Below, piece after piece: positions 8,132 to 18,589 of a stretch of DNA of 64,000 bases (positions within the stretch are counted from its first letter, which is position 1; the number at the start of each line of letters is the position of its first letter). Source of the stretch: an uncultured bacterium (GTDB lineage Bacteria; Margulisbacteria; WOR-1; CAVSGV01). The DNA lies in assembly GCA_963768305.1 (NCBI GenBank), contig CAVYHE010000008.1:129576-193575 (forward strand), read 5' to 3'. Below the pieces are notes generated by a model. That model was not told the origin of the DNA. It did not search any database and saw nothing but the letters and a program-made list of their open reading frames with translations. Position numbers and translations under genes: made by a program.

Positions 8132-8366
8132 ATGAAATTGAAATGCAGCATATGCGAAAATGAGATCGACATTAAAGAGGGCACAAAGCCCGGGACCAGG
8201 ATAACCTGCCCGAACTGCTTCGCGCAGCTCGCGGTTATATAAGCACAAGGGCAGGCTGATCATCGGCTGCGCCATGTGCAAAGAATCCGTCTTTGATCCG
8301 ACAAATTGCGAAAGATGCGAACGAAGGCGTGAACTGAAGGAACTGATAACGGAAGGGAGGCTGTAA
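8132..8366 (+). pseudogene. double zinc-ribbon protein (four CxxC pairs), frame broken near 8240
   Basis: MKLKCSICENEIDIKEGTKPGTRITCPNCFAQLAV, then a stop. The +1 frame continues YKHKGRLIIGCAMCKESVFDPTNCERCERRRELKELITEGRL and stops at 8364-8366. Confidence 0.5.
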
Positions 8367-8370
8367 TATC

Positions 8371-8881
8371 ATGGAAGACCTTAAAGGATCACTTGGATAC
8401 CGCTCTGGAAATGGAGCGGTCCGGATATGACCTCTACATGAAAGCCGCGAAGAAAACATCCAATCCGCTGGGAAGGTCCACGCTGGAAGCCATTGCCGCG
8501 AAGGAATTGGACCATATAAAAGCCATCAAGGATTTCGCGAAGAAGAATCTGGATAAGGCGATCGTAGACATCAACCCGGCGGACAAAAAGGGCTACATTA
8601 AGCCGATCATGGAAAAGCTGGAAAAATCCCTGGATGAGAATGTGAAGCCGGATTCCGACCTCAATGAGGCATACAAAGCCGCGCTTCAGCTTGAGAAAAG
8701 ATCATATGACCTCTACAAGAGCCTGAAGCAGAAAAGCTCCGGCGACAAGGAAAAGAGATTCTTTGATTTTCTCATGCAAGAGGAGAACATGCATTACGAG
8801 CTCCTGAATGAGACCCTGGAATACCTGGATAATCCGGCTAACTGGTACAGGGAAAAAGAACAGTGGCTGGTGGAATACTAG
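8371..8881 (+). CDS. ferritin-like (rubrerythrin-type diiron four-helix-bundle) domain protein
   Basis: Two E...ExxH half-sites (ALEMERSG...KELDHI and ALQLEKRS...QEENMHY). The ATG at 8371 with GGGAGG upstream is one base out of frame with ORF 8393-8881, so an extra G at 8395-8396 is likely. Confidence 0.65.
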
Positions 8882-8891
8882 GGATCGGTCG

Positions 8892-9366
8892 CTAGGCTTT
8901 TCTTATTGAATCCACGAACCCAGCGACTTTTAAAGTATAATTACCGCTTTTCAGTTCCGCTTCTTTTATGGCCAATGTAGCTACCGGTGACCTGCCGATG
9001 ATCTCTTCCATGCTTTTGAAAGCATTGTCGCTGCCTTTTCCGCCTTCAGAGCAGAAAAAGGACGCGCTGTTCATCTGGTCAATGTTCTGCATGAGGAATG
9101 TCCTTACCGGAGAGCATAAATTCCAGGCCCATATGGGCCCGCCGACAATGATGTGGTCATATGCTCTGATGTCTTTCGATAAATCCTTTATCTTCGTCAA
9201 CAATTTTTTCGACCCGTCCCGGCCGGCGGAGAACCAGCCCAATATTCCAGCCCTGTTCTTTGTGTCGATTATCTCCTCGATGTCGCATTTCAGTGCATTA
9301 GCTATCGCAATGGCGACCCTTTTTGTGTTGCCCGACCTGGAATAATAGACGACCAGGAGTTTTCAT
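8892..9366 (-). CDS. flavodoxin-like protein
   Basis: GGPIWAWNLCSPVRTFL in the ORF. The upstream in-frame sequence reads KLLVVYYSRSGNTKRVAIAIANAL. The ATG at 9366 is 1 nt out of frame, consistent with an indel in the T4/A4 run at 9360-9363. Confidence 0.7.
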
Positions 9367-9437
9367 GATGGAATATATTATACAATATTTTACAATACGC
9401 GCATCATCCATTATAATTGCCTCCGGAGGCGATAAAT

Positions 9438-10067
9438 ATGACAGAAAATGCTGCAAGGGCCCTTTCGATCCTTCGCGACTATTCTCGATTCCAGTGGTAC
9501 GTCATCCCTCTACTTCTGATCGTCCTTTACATATACTCCGTTGAAGTGGAAAGAAGGAATTGGAACGTTCTTTTCGGCGGGCTCGCCTTATGGGGAATGG
9601 ACTGGTTCAATGAGATATGGAACGCGCTCCTCTTCCATTTCAATAAGTTCGCGCCGGCATGGGCAACTCCCGGAGCAACGGCATACAATATATTGATAGG
9701 CCTGAACATAGAGATAACCCTCATGTTCGCCATAATGGGCATTTATGCCTGCAAAATGCTTCCTCCCGGCAAAAAAATGAAGATATTCGGTTTGAACAAC
9801 CGCATATTTTTCGCGGTCCTGAATTCTCTGCTTGCGGTGGGGATAGAGATCATCCTTAACCATATAGGGGCGCTCACATGGGACCTTCCGTGGTGGAACC
9901 TGAAGGCGCCGTGGCTCATATTCCTTATCGGCTACCTGCCTTTCTTCCTCGTCGCTTTCTGGGTGCATGACATGAAAAAGGTGAGCGACAAGGCAAAGAC
10001 CGTCGGGGCGATCCTGGGCTTTGATCTTTTATGCCTCATCGCATTCATTTCTATGAGATGGATCTGA
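9438..10067 (+). CDS. integral membrane protein, function unknown
   Basis: The ATG at 9438 is 8 nt after GGAGG. Several hydrophobic helices are present. Confidence 0.6.
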   Translation: MTENAARALSILRDYSRFQWYVIPLLLIVLYIYSVEVERRNWNVLFGGLALWGMDWFNEIWNALLFHFNKFAPAWATPGATAYNILIGLNIEITLMFAIMGIYACKMLPPGKKMKIFGLNNRIFFAVLNSLLAVGIEIILNHIGALTWDLPWWNLKAPWLIFLIGYLPFFLVAFWVHDMKKVSDKAKTVGAILGFDLLCLIAFISMRWI

Positions 10068-10169
10068 TACGTAAGTAAGGATCATTCTTATAATGAAAAT
10101 TCTCGCTATCGAAATCATTCGGCAGGCTCAGGGCATGATTTGTGAGTTTAAAGAAGTACTGTAATTCGT

Positions 10170-10197
10170 TTGACTATGAAATTTACGGTACTATAAT
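10170..10197 (+). promoter_or_regulatory. sigma70-type promoter TTGACT-16 nt-TATAAT
   Basis: TTGACT at 10170-10175 and TATAAT at 10192-10197, 34 nt upstream of the ATG at 10232. Confidence 0.55.
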
Positions 10198-10231
10198 AAC
10201 CCCACGTTAATCCATTAAGAAGGTATTTAAA

Positions 10232-11261
10232 ATGAAGACAAAAGTTTTTATCGTTTTAATGATCGCTCTTATTAACAGTTTCAACCAGCATCATAATGCT
10301 TGCCGGGTGCGGAAATGCTACCGGGGGGGGGTAGCAGCGGCGGAGGAGGATCAAACGGGAGGAACAGGGATCCTTTATATTGCTGGTTATACTAATAACT
10401 GTATCCTTGTTTATGATAACGCCAATACAAGGGAAGGCTCTACTTCGCCGGACAGATTGATATCAGGAGAGTTTACTCAAATCAATCACCCAAATTCAAA
10501 TAGTCTTTTTATTGATGCACAAAATGATAAATTGTATGTTTGCAACGATGGAAATCACTCCGTTTTGGTATTTGATAATGCAAGCACTTTGGAGGGTAAC
10601 GTTACTCCTGAACAGATGATAACCTATGCGGGCATGAAGTACCCAGAAGGGATCTCTGTAAGAACGAACAGGATATACGTGGCTGATGTCTTCCATTCAA
10701 AACTTTTTGTGTTTAGTTCCGAGGCAACTGGACCAACGTTGCCGCTTGCTACTATAGAGGCAACGAGCGTAGGTCTTGCAGCGCTGGGTGTTTATGTCGA
10801 TTCAAATAATAATATGTATTTAGCCGGTACATCAAACACCCCTCAGGTTATTTATGTTTTCAAAAACGTGAATACATACTCTTCAGGGAATAACGACCTT
10901 GTACCTGATAGAATAATTTCTTGCGAAGCATTGTATAATTATCCTTTCGCCGTTTGGGTGGATGAGAATAAGAACATTTTATATGCGGACAATTGTAGCG
11001 CCAGTGATATTTTGACTTTCAATAATGCCTCGACCTTGAGTGGTGAATGCAATTACTCATCCAGCGCTGAAATATCAGGGAATCCTTATCCTTTAGCCGT
11101 TGATACTAACAAGAACATTCTTTATGTGAGCAACGCGATCTAATATACAAGTTTGGACTAATTCAAATACTCTCTCGGGAACAGCAGAGCGGACAATAAC
11201 CATACCGGGAGCTTATGGCGGAAATTATAATGGTATTGCCATAGATACAACCAGAAATTGA
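10232..11261 (+). CDS. secreted/lipoprotein beta-propeller repeat protein (frame broken near 11133)
   Basis: Six-fold repeat pattern (..LYVxN....ILVFDNASTLxG..). The last repeat, SNIQVWTNSNTLSGTAERTITIPGAYGGNYNGIAIDTTRN, continues in another frame to the TGA at 11259-11261. Confidence 0.6.
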
Positions 11262-11298
11262 AGCGTAATTAATCAATAGAATATTTTCTGATAAATAC

Positions 11299-11334
11299 AA
11301 GCCCGTATTAATAAACGATGCGGGCTTTTTGTTT
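11299..11334 (+). terminator. rho-independent terminator candidate
   Basis: AAGCCCG (11299-11305), 15-nt loop, CGGGCTT (11321-11327), then TTTGTTT. It lies 38 nt after the corrected stop of the propeller gene. Confidence 0.5.
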
Positions 11335-11362
11335 GCCTGAATTACTGATAAAATGCTCATCT

Positions 11363-12424
11363 GTGAAAATCCTTGCCATCGAAACCTCATGCGACGAAAC
11401 TTCAGCTGCCGTTATTGAGAACGGCAGGAAGATATTGTCGAATGTTGTCGCGTCGCAGGTGGAGATACATAAAAAATACGGCGGGATAGTACCGGAAGTC
11501 GCTTCCAGAAAGCATATCGAATCCATCGCCGCTGTGGTCAAACAAGCCCTGGACGACGCAAAAACTTCCTTAAAAAAGATCGACGCGGTCGCGGCGACCT
11601 ACGGCCCTGGCTTGGTGGGCTCGCTTATAGTCGGACTGAACTATGCGAAAGCTATCGCTTATGCAGCAGGCAAGCCGTTCATTCCGGTGAACCATATCGA
11701 AGGACATATATACGCCAACTTCATAAAAGAGATGGGAGATAAGAGATCAGAGATAAGAAAAAACAAATCCCATCTCCGATCTCCAATCTCTAGTCTCTCC
11801 TTCCCTTTTATTTGCTTGGTGGTTTCCGGCGGCCACACTCAGCTGGTGCTGGTCAAATCTCACGGGAAATATCAAACTTTGGGCAGGACAAGGGACGATG
11901 CCGCGGGCGAGGCATTTGACAAGGTCGCCAGATTCCTGGGCATCGGATATCCCGGCGGGCCGTTGATAGACAAAATGGCAAAACAGGGCGATCCGGAAGC
12001 CATCGATTTTCCGCGCGCGATGATGAACGACGGCTATGACTTCAGCTTCAGCGGCATCAAAACAGCTGTGGTTAATTACGTAAGGCATCATGAAAAGGCT
12101 CAAACTCTCAACTCTAAATTCATAACTGATATTGTCGCTTCTTTTCAGGAAGCCGTCGTCGATATCCTTGTCGAAAAAACGATCAGGGCGGCGAAAAAAA
12201 GAAAAGTGAAATGGATAGCTCTTGCCGGCGGGGTTTCGGCGAATTCGAGATTGAGATCCAAGCTCTCGGCAAGAGCGGGAAAAGAAGGCCTGAAAATATC
12301 GATCCCGCCCATGTATCTTTGCACGGACAACGCGGCAATGATCGGGAGCGCGGCGTATTACCTGAAAAAGAACGCCAAAAAGAGAAACCTGGACATTGAG
12401 GCAGTATCAACTCTGAGGATATGA
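11363..12424 (+). CDS. tsaD: tRNA N6-adenosine threonylcarbamoyltransferase
   Basis: [30 protein letters not shown] and [10 protein letters not shown] motifs. GTG start at 11363. Confidence 0.9.
   Translation: MKILAIETSCDETSAAVIENGRKILSNVVASQVEIHKKYGGIVPEVASRKHIESIAAVVKQALDDAKTSLKKIDAVAATYGPGLVGSLIVGLNYAKAIAYAAGKPFIPVNHIEGHIYANFIKEMGDKRSEIRKNKSHLRSPISSLSFPFICLVVSGGHTQLVLVKSHGKYQTLGRTRDDAAGEAFDKVARFLGIGYPGGPLIDKMAKQGDPEAIDFPRAMMNDGYDFSFSGIKTAVVNYVRHHEKAQTLNSKFITDIVASFQEAVVDILVEKTIRAAKKRKVKWIALAGGVSANSRLRSKLSARAGKEGLKISIPPMYLCTDNAAMIGSAAYYLKKNAKKRNLDIEAVSTLRI
11736..11790 (+). repeat. modular inverted repeat (GAGATnn)x3 - 17 nt - (ATCTCnn)x3 inside tsaD
   Basis: GAGAT at 11736, 11743 and 11750. 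ATCTC at 11772, 11779 and 11786. Exact 7-nt periodicity in both arms. Confidence 0.7.
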
Positions 12425-12431
12425 CAAAAAA

Positions 12432-13416
12432 CTATTTCATGTTGTCGAGAAGGATAGCCATTGAAGCGACCACGTCCTTCGTTTCCGGCTGCATGAACTC
12501 CTCGTACGTGAATATTTTTTTGCCTTTATCGAACGCGGACATAACCTTCGCAGAATAATAACTATCCAGGGTGCTCTTTATCGCGCCCGATAACTGCTTT
12601 TTTACCGTATCCTTCGCCGATTCCATGCTATATGTGTTGAAACAAAGCGCGTAAGTGATGTACTCGTCCGAGGAAGCGTCGATCTTTGAAAGGTGCTTGT
12701 CCGCCTGCTCCTCCATGGCCCCGCGGTTACCGCCGATATCGGCGTAATCGATATCAAAAGCTTTAAGCGCCAGCCCGAGATCGCCCATGCTCTTGTCCAC
12801 CATAGCGATGGTATCCGCCGGCGTGTATATGATGTATCTTTTCCACGCGCTCCCGTTAAGCAAAGCGTACGCCCAGCCCAGCCGGTTGTATGCTTTCGCG
12901 TAATAAAGCGGGTAGTATTGCCCGGGGGAAATGCTCATGCTTTTCTCGGTGGTAAGGTTCGATATTGACGTAAGTACCTCGTTTATACAGTTATCCGCAT
13001 CCTCGTACATTTCAAGCTGCTTGTAAAGCTTTACCACCGAACCTTCTATCGTCCTGTGCGTGAGGATGCCTTTTCTGTAAGCGGAAGCTATCGCGTACGG
13101 CAGAACATCGGCAGCAAGTTTTGGCGAAGTTTCCTTTGAATTTGAGGATCTCCGCCGCTTTTGAGTTGACCAATGAAAGAGCGCCCAGCGCGTTATCGTA
13201 TGCTCCAAGCCTTTCCCTGACAAGTGCTCTCTTGTAAAGCTCCGCGAGATATTTCACGGTGTTATCAGTATTGGTGCCGACCACGAAATCCGTCGCGTTC
13301 GAGCCCAAGGACTTTGAATCCGATTGCGACATGTTCTCGAACGTGGTCGTCAGCTGCTGGCCATAACTCGCCGTTGATAGGAGCAATAATAATATTAAAA
13401 TGTAAACCTTAAGCAT
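12432..13416 (-). CDS. secreted hypothetical protein (frame broken in the T4/A4 run at 13119-13122)
   Basis: Signal peptide MLKVYILILLLLLSTASYGQQ from the ATG at 13416. Removing one A from GCCAAAACTTGC joins ...KGNFAK to LAADVLPYAIASAY of ORF 12432-13223. Confidence 0.6.
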
Positions 13417-13484
13417 AGTGAACCTGACAAGTTTAGCACAAGAAGATATTGATGGCAATTGAGGGGAAAACAGGGTCCCGGAGG

Positions 13485-14015
13485 TTAATCGCTGGGCATG
13501 CGAAGAAATTCCGCATATCTTTTCATGTTTTCCCCCAATTCCGGCATTCTGGCGTTCTTGTTTATCCTGGCGATCTCCTCAGCTTTGAATTTCAAAGCTT
13601 TTGACATTATAGAAGTTTCGGCATCTGATCTTCCAAATTTATCGCAGGAATAAAACCTGTCCACCCAAAAAGTGTAAGTGCTTGCCAATGCCTGCGCGAT
13701 CCGGGAACTTTCATTTGCCAATAAAGGGAAAAGCCTCTTGATCTTTTCATGATTTTCATGAGGGCTTTTATCCTCGCCGATAAGCTTCCAGATTTTGACG
13801 GCCGTCACCCCTTTTATGCGTTTTTCCGATATTAGATCGTTTATCGACCTTAATTGTTCTTTTGCATAAAAGCCTATGCACACGGCTTGTTTCCAGAACG
13901 GGCGTTCCAAGAATCCTTTTCTGAGATCAGAAGTGACCAGCGGATCCTTTGTCAGCATCGCTTTGCGCATCGTCGACATAAAACCCGGTTTTATACTGAT
14001 TTTTTTAACCGCCAT
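13485..14015 (-). CDS. hypothetical protein (176 aa)
   Basis: AAGGAG RBS before the ATG at 14015. Preceded by motif copy at 14091-14063. Confidence 0.55.
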   Translation of the reverse strand: MAVKKISIKPGFMSTMRKAMLTKDPLVTSDLRKGFLERPFWKQAVCIGFYAKEQLRSINDLISEKRIKGVTAVKIWKLIGEDKSPHENHEKIKRLFPLLANESSRIAQALASTYTFWVDRFYSCDKFGRSDAETSIMSKALKFKAEEIARINKNARMPELGENMKRYAEFLRMPSD

Positions 14016-14062
14016 TGGATCTCCTTGATTTTTTTAGGCAACATTGGTCTTTTTCTAATATA

Positions 14063-14091
14063 TTATCGATATATTTTCGAGAAAATTTCAG
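14063..14091 (-). promoter_or_regulatory. cTGAAAT-N16-CGATAA motif copy facing the 13485-14015 gene
   Basis: On the minus strand, TGAAAT is at 14090-14085, the 16-nt spacer at 14084-14069, and CGATAA at 14068-14063. Confidence 0.5.
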
Positions 14092-14126
14092 TTTTTAATA
14101 AAAATCCCTGACTCTAAGATTCGATA

Positions 14127-14657
14127 TTATTCACGGACAAATTCAAACAGATATTCGCTGAGCTGCGGCGTTAACATCTTCCCGTAATTATTCGCGTCGT
14201 TATTGTCCAGGTTAAATCCCTTTGATGTAATATCTGAAGCACATACCGCTTTACTCTTTATCTCTGTTTGGCCCGCTGCTTCTCTCTTCAACAGGACCAG
14301 CCTTACCAGGTACTTATTCAACACTACGATCTTGATCTTTTTGTCCTTCATCGCAACCGGGATATTGCCGACCCCTACCCATCCCGCATGTTTACCGTCC
14401 GCTATGACAAAAACATGGTCCACCTCTTTGTTCGCTATTTTTGATTGCATTTCGAGTTCATTCTTTTTTTGAAAATACATCACTGCGCCGATATCGATCA
14501 TAAAAGAAAGGTAAGCCCCTTCATACTTTTTCCCGACCACCACGGCATCCTGATCCGCGGTCAATTTTTCTTTTTCTGAAGCGGCATTTTCCGCTTTCTT
14601 TGGACTCGATACCTGGGAAAACCGGTTTATCGTCATTAACGAATCTATTGATGACAT
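14127..14657 (-). CDS. hypothetical protein (176 aa from the ATG at 14657)
   Basis: The track start at 14702 would lie 4 nt from the -10-like element, so I prefer the ATG at 14657 (MSSIDSL), which follows AAGAGGA. Confidence 0.5.
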   Translation of the reverse strand: MSSIDSLMTINRFSQVSSPKKAENAASEKEKLTADQDAVVVGKKYEGAYLSFMIDIGAVMYFQKKNELEMQSKIANKEVDHVFVIADGKHAGWVGVGNIPVAMKDKKIKIVVLNKYLVRLVLLKREAAGQTEIKSKAVCASDITSKGFNLDNNDANNYGKMLTPQLSEYLFEFVRE

Positions 14658-14705
14658 CTTTATTTTTATCCTCTTTTTATTGGGCTTGTTTTCGCTTACC
14701 AATAT

Positions 14706-14734
14706 GTATCGTCACATTTATCTTATAATTTCAC
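14706..14734 (-). promoter_or_regulatory. GTGAAAT-N16-CGATAC motif copy facing the 14127-14657 gene
   Basis: On the minus strand, GTGAAAT is at 14734-14728, the 16-nt spacer at 14727-14712, and CGATAC at 14711-14706. An A8 tract lies upstream. Confidence 0.45.
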
Positions 14735-14776
14735 TTTTTTTTGAAATCTCGATGGGTAAATATGGGCGAATTATTG

Positions 14777-14782
14777 TATAAT
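14777..14782 (+). promoter_or_regulatory. -10 box TATAAT, 6 nt upstream of the gatC ATG
   Basis: TATAAT at 14777-14782 and the ATG at 14789. The intervening cacccc has no SD. Confidence 0.45.
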
Positions 14783-14788
14783 CACCCC

Positions 14789-15076
14789 ATGAAAGTTACG
14801 GTCAAAGACGTGGAACACGTCGCCAAGCTCGCAAGGCTGGGCCTGACGGAAGAAGAGAAAAAGCGCTTCACCGAACAGCTCTCGAACATACTGGAATATG
14901 CGGAAACCATCAACAAGCTTGACACGAAAAATGCCGTGCCCACCTCGCACGCCATCCCGATGAAGAACATTTTCAGGGATGATAAAGCGATACCCTGTAG
15001 GAACACGGATGATATCCTTGCGAACGCCCCGGAAAAAGAAAATAACATGTTCGCCGTGCCGAAGATAATGGAGTAA
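14789..15076 (+). CDS. gatC: Asp-tRNA(Asn)/Glu-tRNA(Gln) amidotransferase subunit C
   Basis: [27 protein letters not shown] is a typical GatC N-terminus. Confidence 0.9.
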   Translation: MKVTVKDVEHVAKLARLGLTEEEKKRFTEQLSNILEYAETINKLDTKNAVPTSHAIPMKNIFRDDKAIPCRNTDDILANAPEKENNMFAVPKIME

Positions 15077-15078
15077 AA

Positions 15079-16536
15079 ATGGAGCTTTTTGAACTTACCG
15101 CGCATGAACTTCACGAAAAACTTAAGAAAAAGGAAACTTCCGCGCAGGAGATCGTGAAGTCCATTCTCGGAAGAATAAGCAAGGTGGAGAACAGCGTTTC
15201 CGCCTTCATGACCATCAATATTGATGAAGCCATAAAAAAAGCGAAAGAGATCGACGACCAGATTGCCGGCGGCAAACAGCTTACGGCTTTGACAGGGATA
15301 CCCATTGCCGTAAAGGATAACCTGTGCACAAAAGGGATACTTACGACAGCATCATCAAAGATACTTCAAAATTATATCCCGCCTTACAACGCGACCGTTG
15401 TCGAAAAGATAACGGAAGCCGGCGCCATTCCCATCGGAAAGACGAACCTGGATGAATTCGCGATGGGCTCGTCCACCGAAAATTCGGCGTACAAGACGAC
15501 CAAGAATCCGTGGAACCTCAAGACCGTTCCCGGAGGATCGTCCGGCGGCTCCGCCGCGAGCGTCGCTGCGGGAGAAGCTGTCCTTGCTTTCGGCTCCGAT
15601 ACCGGCGGCTCCATAAGGCAGCCGGCGTCGTTCTGCGGCGTCGTGGGATTGAAACCGACTTACGGCCGCGTTTCCAGGTACGGCCTCATCGCATTCGCTT
15701 CGTCGCTGGACCAGATCGGTCCGCTCACGAAGGACGTGACTGACGCGGCGATATTCCTTAATTTCATCGCCGGGCATGATCTTAAAGATTCGACGTCGGT
15801 CGATCTTCCGGTCCCGGACTACAGGAAGTCGCTTGTCGATGATGTCAAAAATCTTAAAGTCGGGCTGATAAAAGAGCTTCTGGGAAAAGGGATAGACGAA
15901 GGCGTTAAAAAAGCCATCCTCAATGCCGCGGAAACGATGAAAAAGCTGGGCGCAAAGGTTGAAGAGGTCTCATTGCCGGCGCTTGAATACGGAGTACCCG
16001 CTTATTATCTTCTCGCGACTGCTGAGGCGAGCTCGAATCTGGAAAGATACGACGGCGTGAAATACGGATTGAGGTCAAAGGACTCGGACGATCTTTTATC
16101 GATGTACTACAACACAAGGAGCGAAGGGTTCGGCCCGGAAGTTAAACGAAGGATAATGCTGGGGACTTACGCGCTTTCCGCCGGATATTATGATGCGTAT
16201 TATTTGAAGGCGCAGAAGGTCAGGACATTGATAAAGAATGATTTCGACAGGGCTTTTTCGAAATTCGATATCTTGATCTCCCCTACCGCGCCGACCGCCG
16301 CGTTCAATATCGGCGAAAAAGTTAACGATCCGCTTTCCATGTATCTCTCTGACATCGCTACAATTCCAATCAATCTCGCTGGAATTCCGGCGATATCCAT
16401 TCCGTGCGGATTCATCAATGACCTTCCGGTCGGTTTGCAGATAATGGGAAAAGCGTTCTCGGAAGAAACTCTTTTCAAAGCCGCTTATACATTTGAACAG
16501 CATACAGACTGGCACAAGAGAAGGCCAAAAATATGA
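15079..16536 (+). CDS. gatA: Asp-tRNA(Asn)/Glu-tRNA(Gln) amidotransferase subunit A
   Basis: Amidase signature [14 protein letters not shown] and full-length GatA-like sequence. Confidence 0.95.
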   Translation: MELFELTAHELHEKLKKKETSAQEIVKSILGRISKVENSVSAFMTINIDEAIKKAKEIDDQIAGGKQLTALTGIPIAVKDNLCTKGILTTASSKILQNYIPPYNATVVEKITEAGAIPIGKTNLDEFAMGSSTENSAYKTTKNPWNLKTVPGGSSGGSAASVAAGEAVLAFGSDTGGSIRQPASFCGVVGLKPTYGRVSRYGLIAFASSLDQIGPLTKDVTDAAIFLNFIAGHDLKDSTSVDLPVPDYRKSLVDDVKNLKVGLIKELLGKGIDEGVKKAILNAAETMKKLGAKVEEVSLPALEYGVPAYYLLATAEASSNLERYDGVKYGLRSKDSDDLLSMYYNTRSEGFGPEVKRRIMLGTYALSAGYYDAYYLKAQKVRTLIKNDFDRAFSKFDILISPTAPTAAFNIGEKVNDPLSMYLSDIATIPINLAGIPAISIPCGFINDLPVGLQIMGKAFSEETLFKAAYTFEQHTDWHKRRPKI

Positions 16537-17978
16537 AATATGAAACAGTAATAGGGCTTGAAGTTCACGCTCAGTTATTAACTGAGTCGAAGATCTTCTG
16601 CACTTGCTCCACCAAATTCGGGGCAAAGCCGAACACGAACATCTGCCCGGTCTGCACGGGCCAGCCTGGAGTGCTTCCCGTCCTGAACAAGAAGGTCGTG
16701 GAGTTCGCTATCAAGACGGGGCTCGCGCTGAAGTCGAAGATAGCGCATCACTCGATCTTCGCCAGAAAGAATTATTTTTACCCGGACCTGCCGAAGAATT
16801 ACCAGGTCTCGCAATATGAACTGCCGATAGCGACGGAAGGAAAGCTTGAGATAACAGTTGACGGAAAACCACGAACTATTGGCATTACACGAGTTCACCT
16901 TGAAGAAGACGCGGGAAAGCTGGTCCACGTGGGCGCCGCGGGATTGAAGGGTTCCAAATCAAGCCTTGTTGATTTTAACAGAACGGGAGTTCCTCTTATG
17001 GAAATAGTGAGCGAGCCGGACATCCGGTCGCCGGAAGAAGCGAAAATTTACATGCAGGAGCTGAGGAGCCTTCTGGTGGCGCTGGGCGTCTGCGACGGGA
17101 ACATGGAGGAAGGAAGTTTAAGATGCGACGCGAATATTTCACTAAGGCCGGCCGGACAGAAGGAATTCGGCGTGAAAACGGAAGTCAAGAATATGAACTC
17201 TTTCAAGGCGGTGCAAAAAGCGCTGGCCGCGGAAGTCAAAAGGCAAACCCAGCTACTTGAAGAAGGCGGAAAGATAACCCAAGAAACAAGATTATATGAT
17301 GACACGACCGACGCGACCGTCCCGATGAGAAGCAAGGAAGAGGCGCATGATTACCGTTATTTTCCGGAGCCGGACCTTGTTCCCATCGAGATCGACAAAA
17401 AATGGATCGATGTGATAAGCATGACCATCGGCGAGGTCCCGCGGGACAAAAAAGCCAGGTTCATGAAAGATTTCGGTTTGCCTGAAATGGATGCCGATAT
17501 TTTGACAACTGATATTAATTTTTCAAAGTTATTCGAAGAAAGCGTTAAGCTTTTTGACCAGCCGAAAGAAATAAGTAAATGGCTTATCGGCGATGTTTCG
17601 GCATATCTTAATGACAAGAAAAAGAGTTTGGCTGAGATCGATCTTAAGCCGTCGAGCCTTATTGAATTGATAAAACTTGTGAGCGCCGGAACTATCAGCA
17701 GAGCAACTGGAAAAGACGCGTTCATCAAGGCTCTTGATACGGGAAAGAACATCGCTGATATCGTCAAAGATTCAGGCGCGACCCAGATATCCGATAAAGA
17801 TGAAATATCGAAGATGATCGTCGATGTCATTCAGAAAAATCCTAAGCCGGTTGCTGATTACAAGGCCGGCAAGGAAAATTCGCTTTTCTTTCTGATGGGT
17901 CAGGTAATGAAGGCTTCTCAGGGCCGCGCGAACCCCGAGGTTGTGAAGAAAATATTGATCGAGGAACTGAAGAAATAA
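16533..17978 (+). CDS. gatB: Asp-tRNA(Asn)/Glu-tRNA(Gln) amidotransferase subunit B
   Basis: [15 protein letters not shown]...[14 protein letters not shown] is a GatB hallmark. 4-nt overlap with gatA. Confidence 0.95.
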   Translation: MKYETVIGLEVHAQLLTESKIFCTCSTKFGAKPNTNICPVCTGQPGVLPVLNKKVVEFAIKTGLALKSKIAHHSIFARKNYFYPDLPKNYQVSQYELPIATEGKLEITVDGKPRTIGITRVHLEEDAGKLVHVGAAGLKGSKSSLVDFNRTGVPLMEIVSEPDIRSPEEAKIYMQELRSLLVALGVCDGNMEEGSLRCDANISLRPAGQKEFGVKTEVKNMNSFKAVQKALAAEVKRQTQLLEEGGKITQETRLYDDTTDATVPMRSKEEAHDYRYFPEPDLVPIEIDKKWIDVISMTIGEVPRDKKARFMKDFGLPEMDADILTTDINFSKLFEESVKLFDQPKEISKWLIGDVSAYLNDKKKSLAEIDLKPSSLIELIKLVSAGTISRATGKDAFIKALDTGKNIADIVKDSGATQISDKDEISKMIVDVIQKNPKPVADYKAGKENSLFFLMGQVMKASQGRANPEVVKKILIEELKK

Positions 17979-17983
17979 AATCC

Positions 17984-18589
17984 ATGAGCTCCATCACTTA
18001 CCAGATAGGACGATCGCTTTACCTTAACATCACGAACAGATGCACCAGCAAATGCCAATTTTGCATACGGTACAAAACAAAGCTGTTCAACAGCAAACAT
18101 GAGCTCTGGATAAAAAAAGAGCCCACGGCGCAGGAAGTGATAAAAGAGATCGGCGACCCGTCAAAATATCTGGAAATTGTTTTTTGCGGATACGGGGAAC
18201 CTCTTGTCAGGCTGGACGCGGTGATCGAAATAAGCAAGTGGCTCAAGGAGAAAAAAGCGAAAGTGAGGATCGATACCAACGGCCACGGGAATTTGATCCA
18301 TAAAAGGAATATCGTCCCGGAGCTGAAAGGATTGGTCGATTCCATCTCGATAAGCCTGAACGCCCACGACAGCAAGACATACGATCAATTATGCCGTTCT
18401 GATTTCGGGGAGGCGGCGTTCGATGGTATAATCGAGTTCGCCCGTGAATGCAAAAAATACATCCCGAAAGTCGAGATGACCGTCGTGGACCTTCCCGAAG
18501 TAAATAAAAAAGAAGCGAAAAAGATCGCCGATGATATCGGCGCAACGTTCCGCGTAAGGCCGTATTACGAACAGGATTATGTAAAATGA
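17984..18589 (+). CDS. small radical SAM protein (resembles the TatD-associated rSAM family)
   Basis: YLNITNRCTSKCQFC (CX3CX2C) very near the N-terminus. Length ~200 aa. Confidence 0.6.
   Translation: MSSITYQIGRSLYLNITNRCTSKCQFCIRYKTKLFNSKHELWIKKEPTAQEVIKEIGDPSKYLEIVFCGYGEPLVRLDAVIEISKWLKEKKAKVRIDTNGHGNLIHKRNIVPELKGLVDSISISLNAHDSKTYDQLCRSDFGEAAFDGIIEFARECKKYIPKVEMTVVDLPEVNKKEAKKIADDIGATFRVRPYYEQDYVK

Noticed and set aside
10094-10162. A mini-ORF beginning MKILAIE, identical to the first seven residues of TsaD/TsaB-type proteins, 1.2 kb upstream of tsaD.
   Set aside because: Only seven codons match, after which the sequence diverges and stops at 22 aa. This could be a relic of a tsaB-like gene, but chance cannot be excluded without a search.
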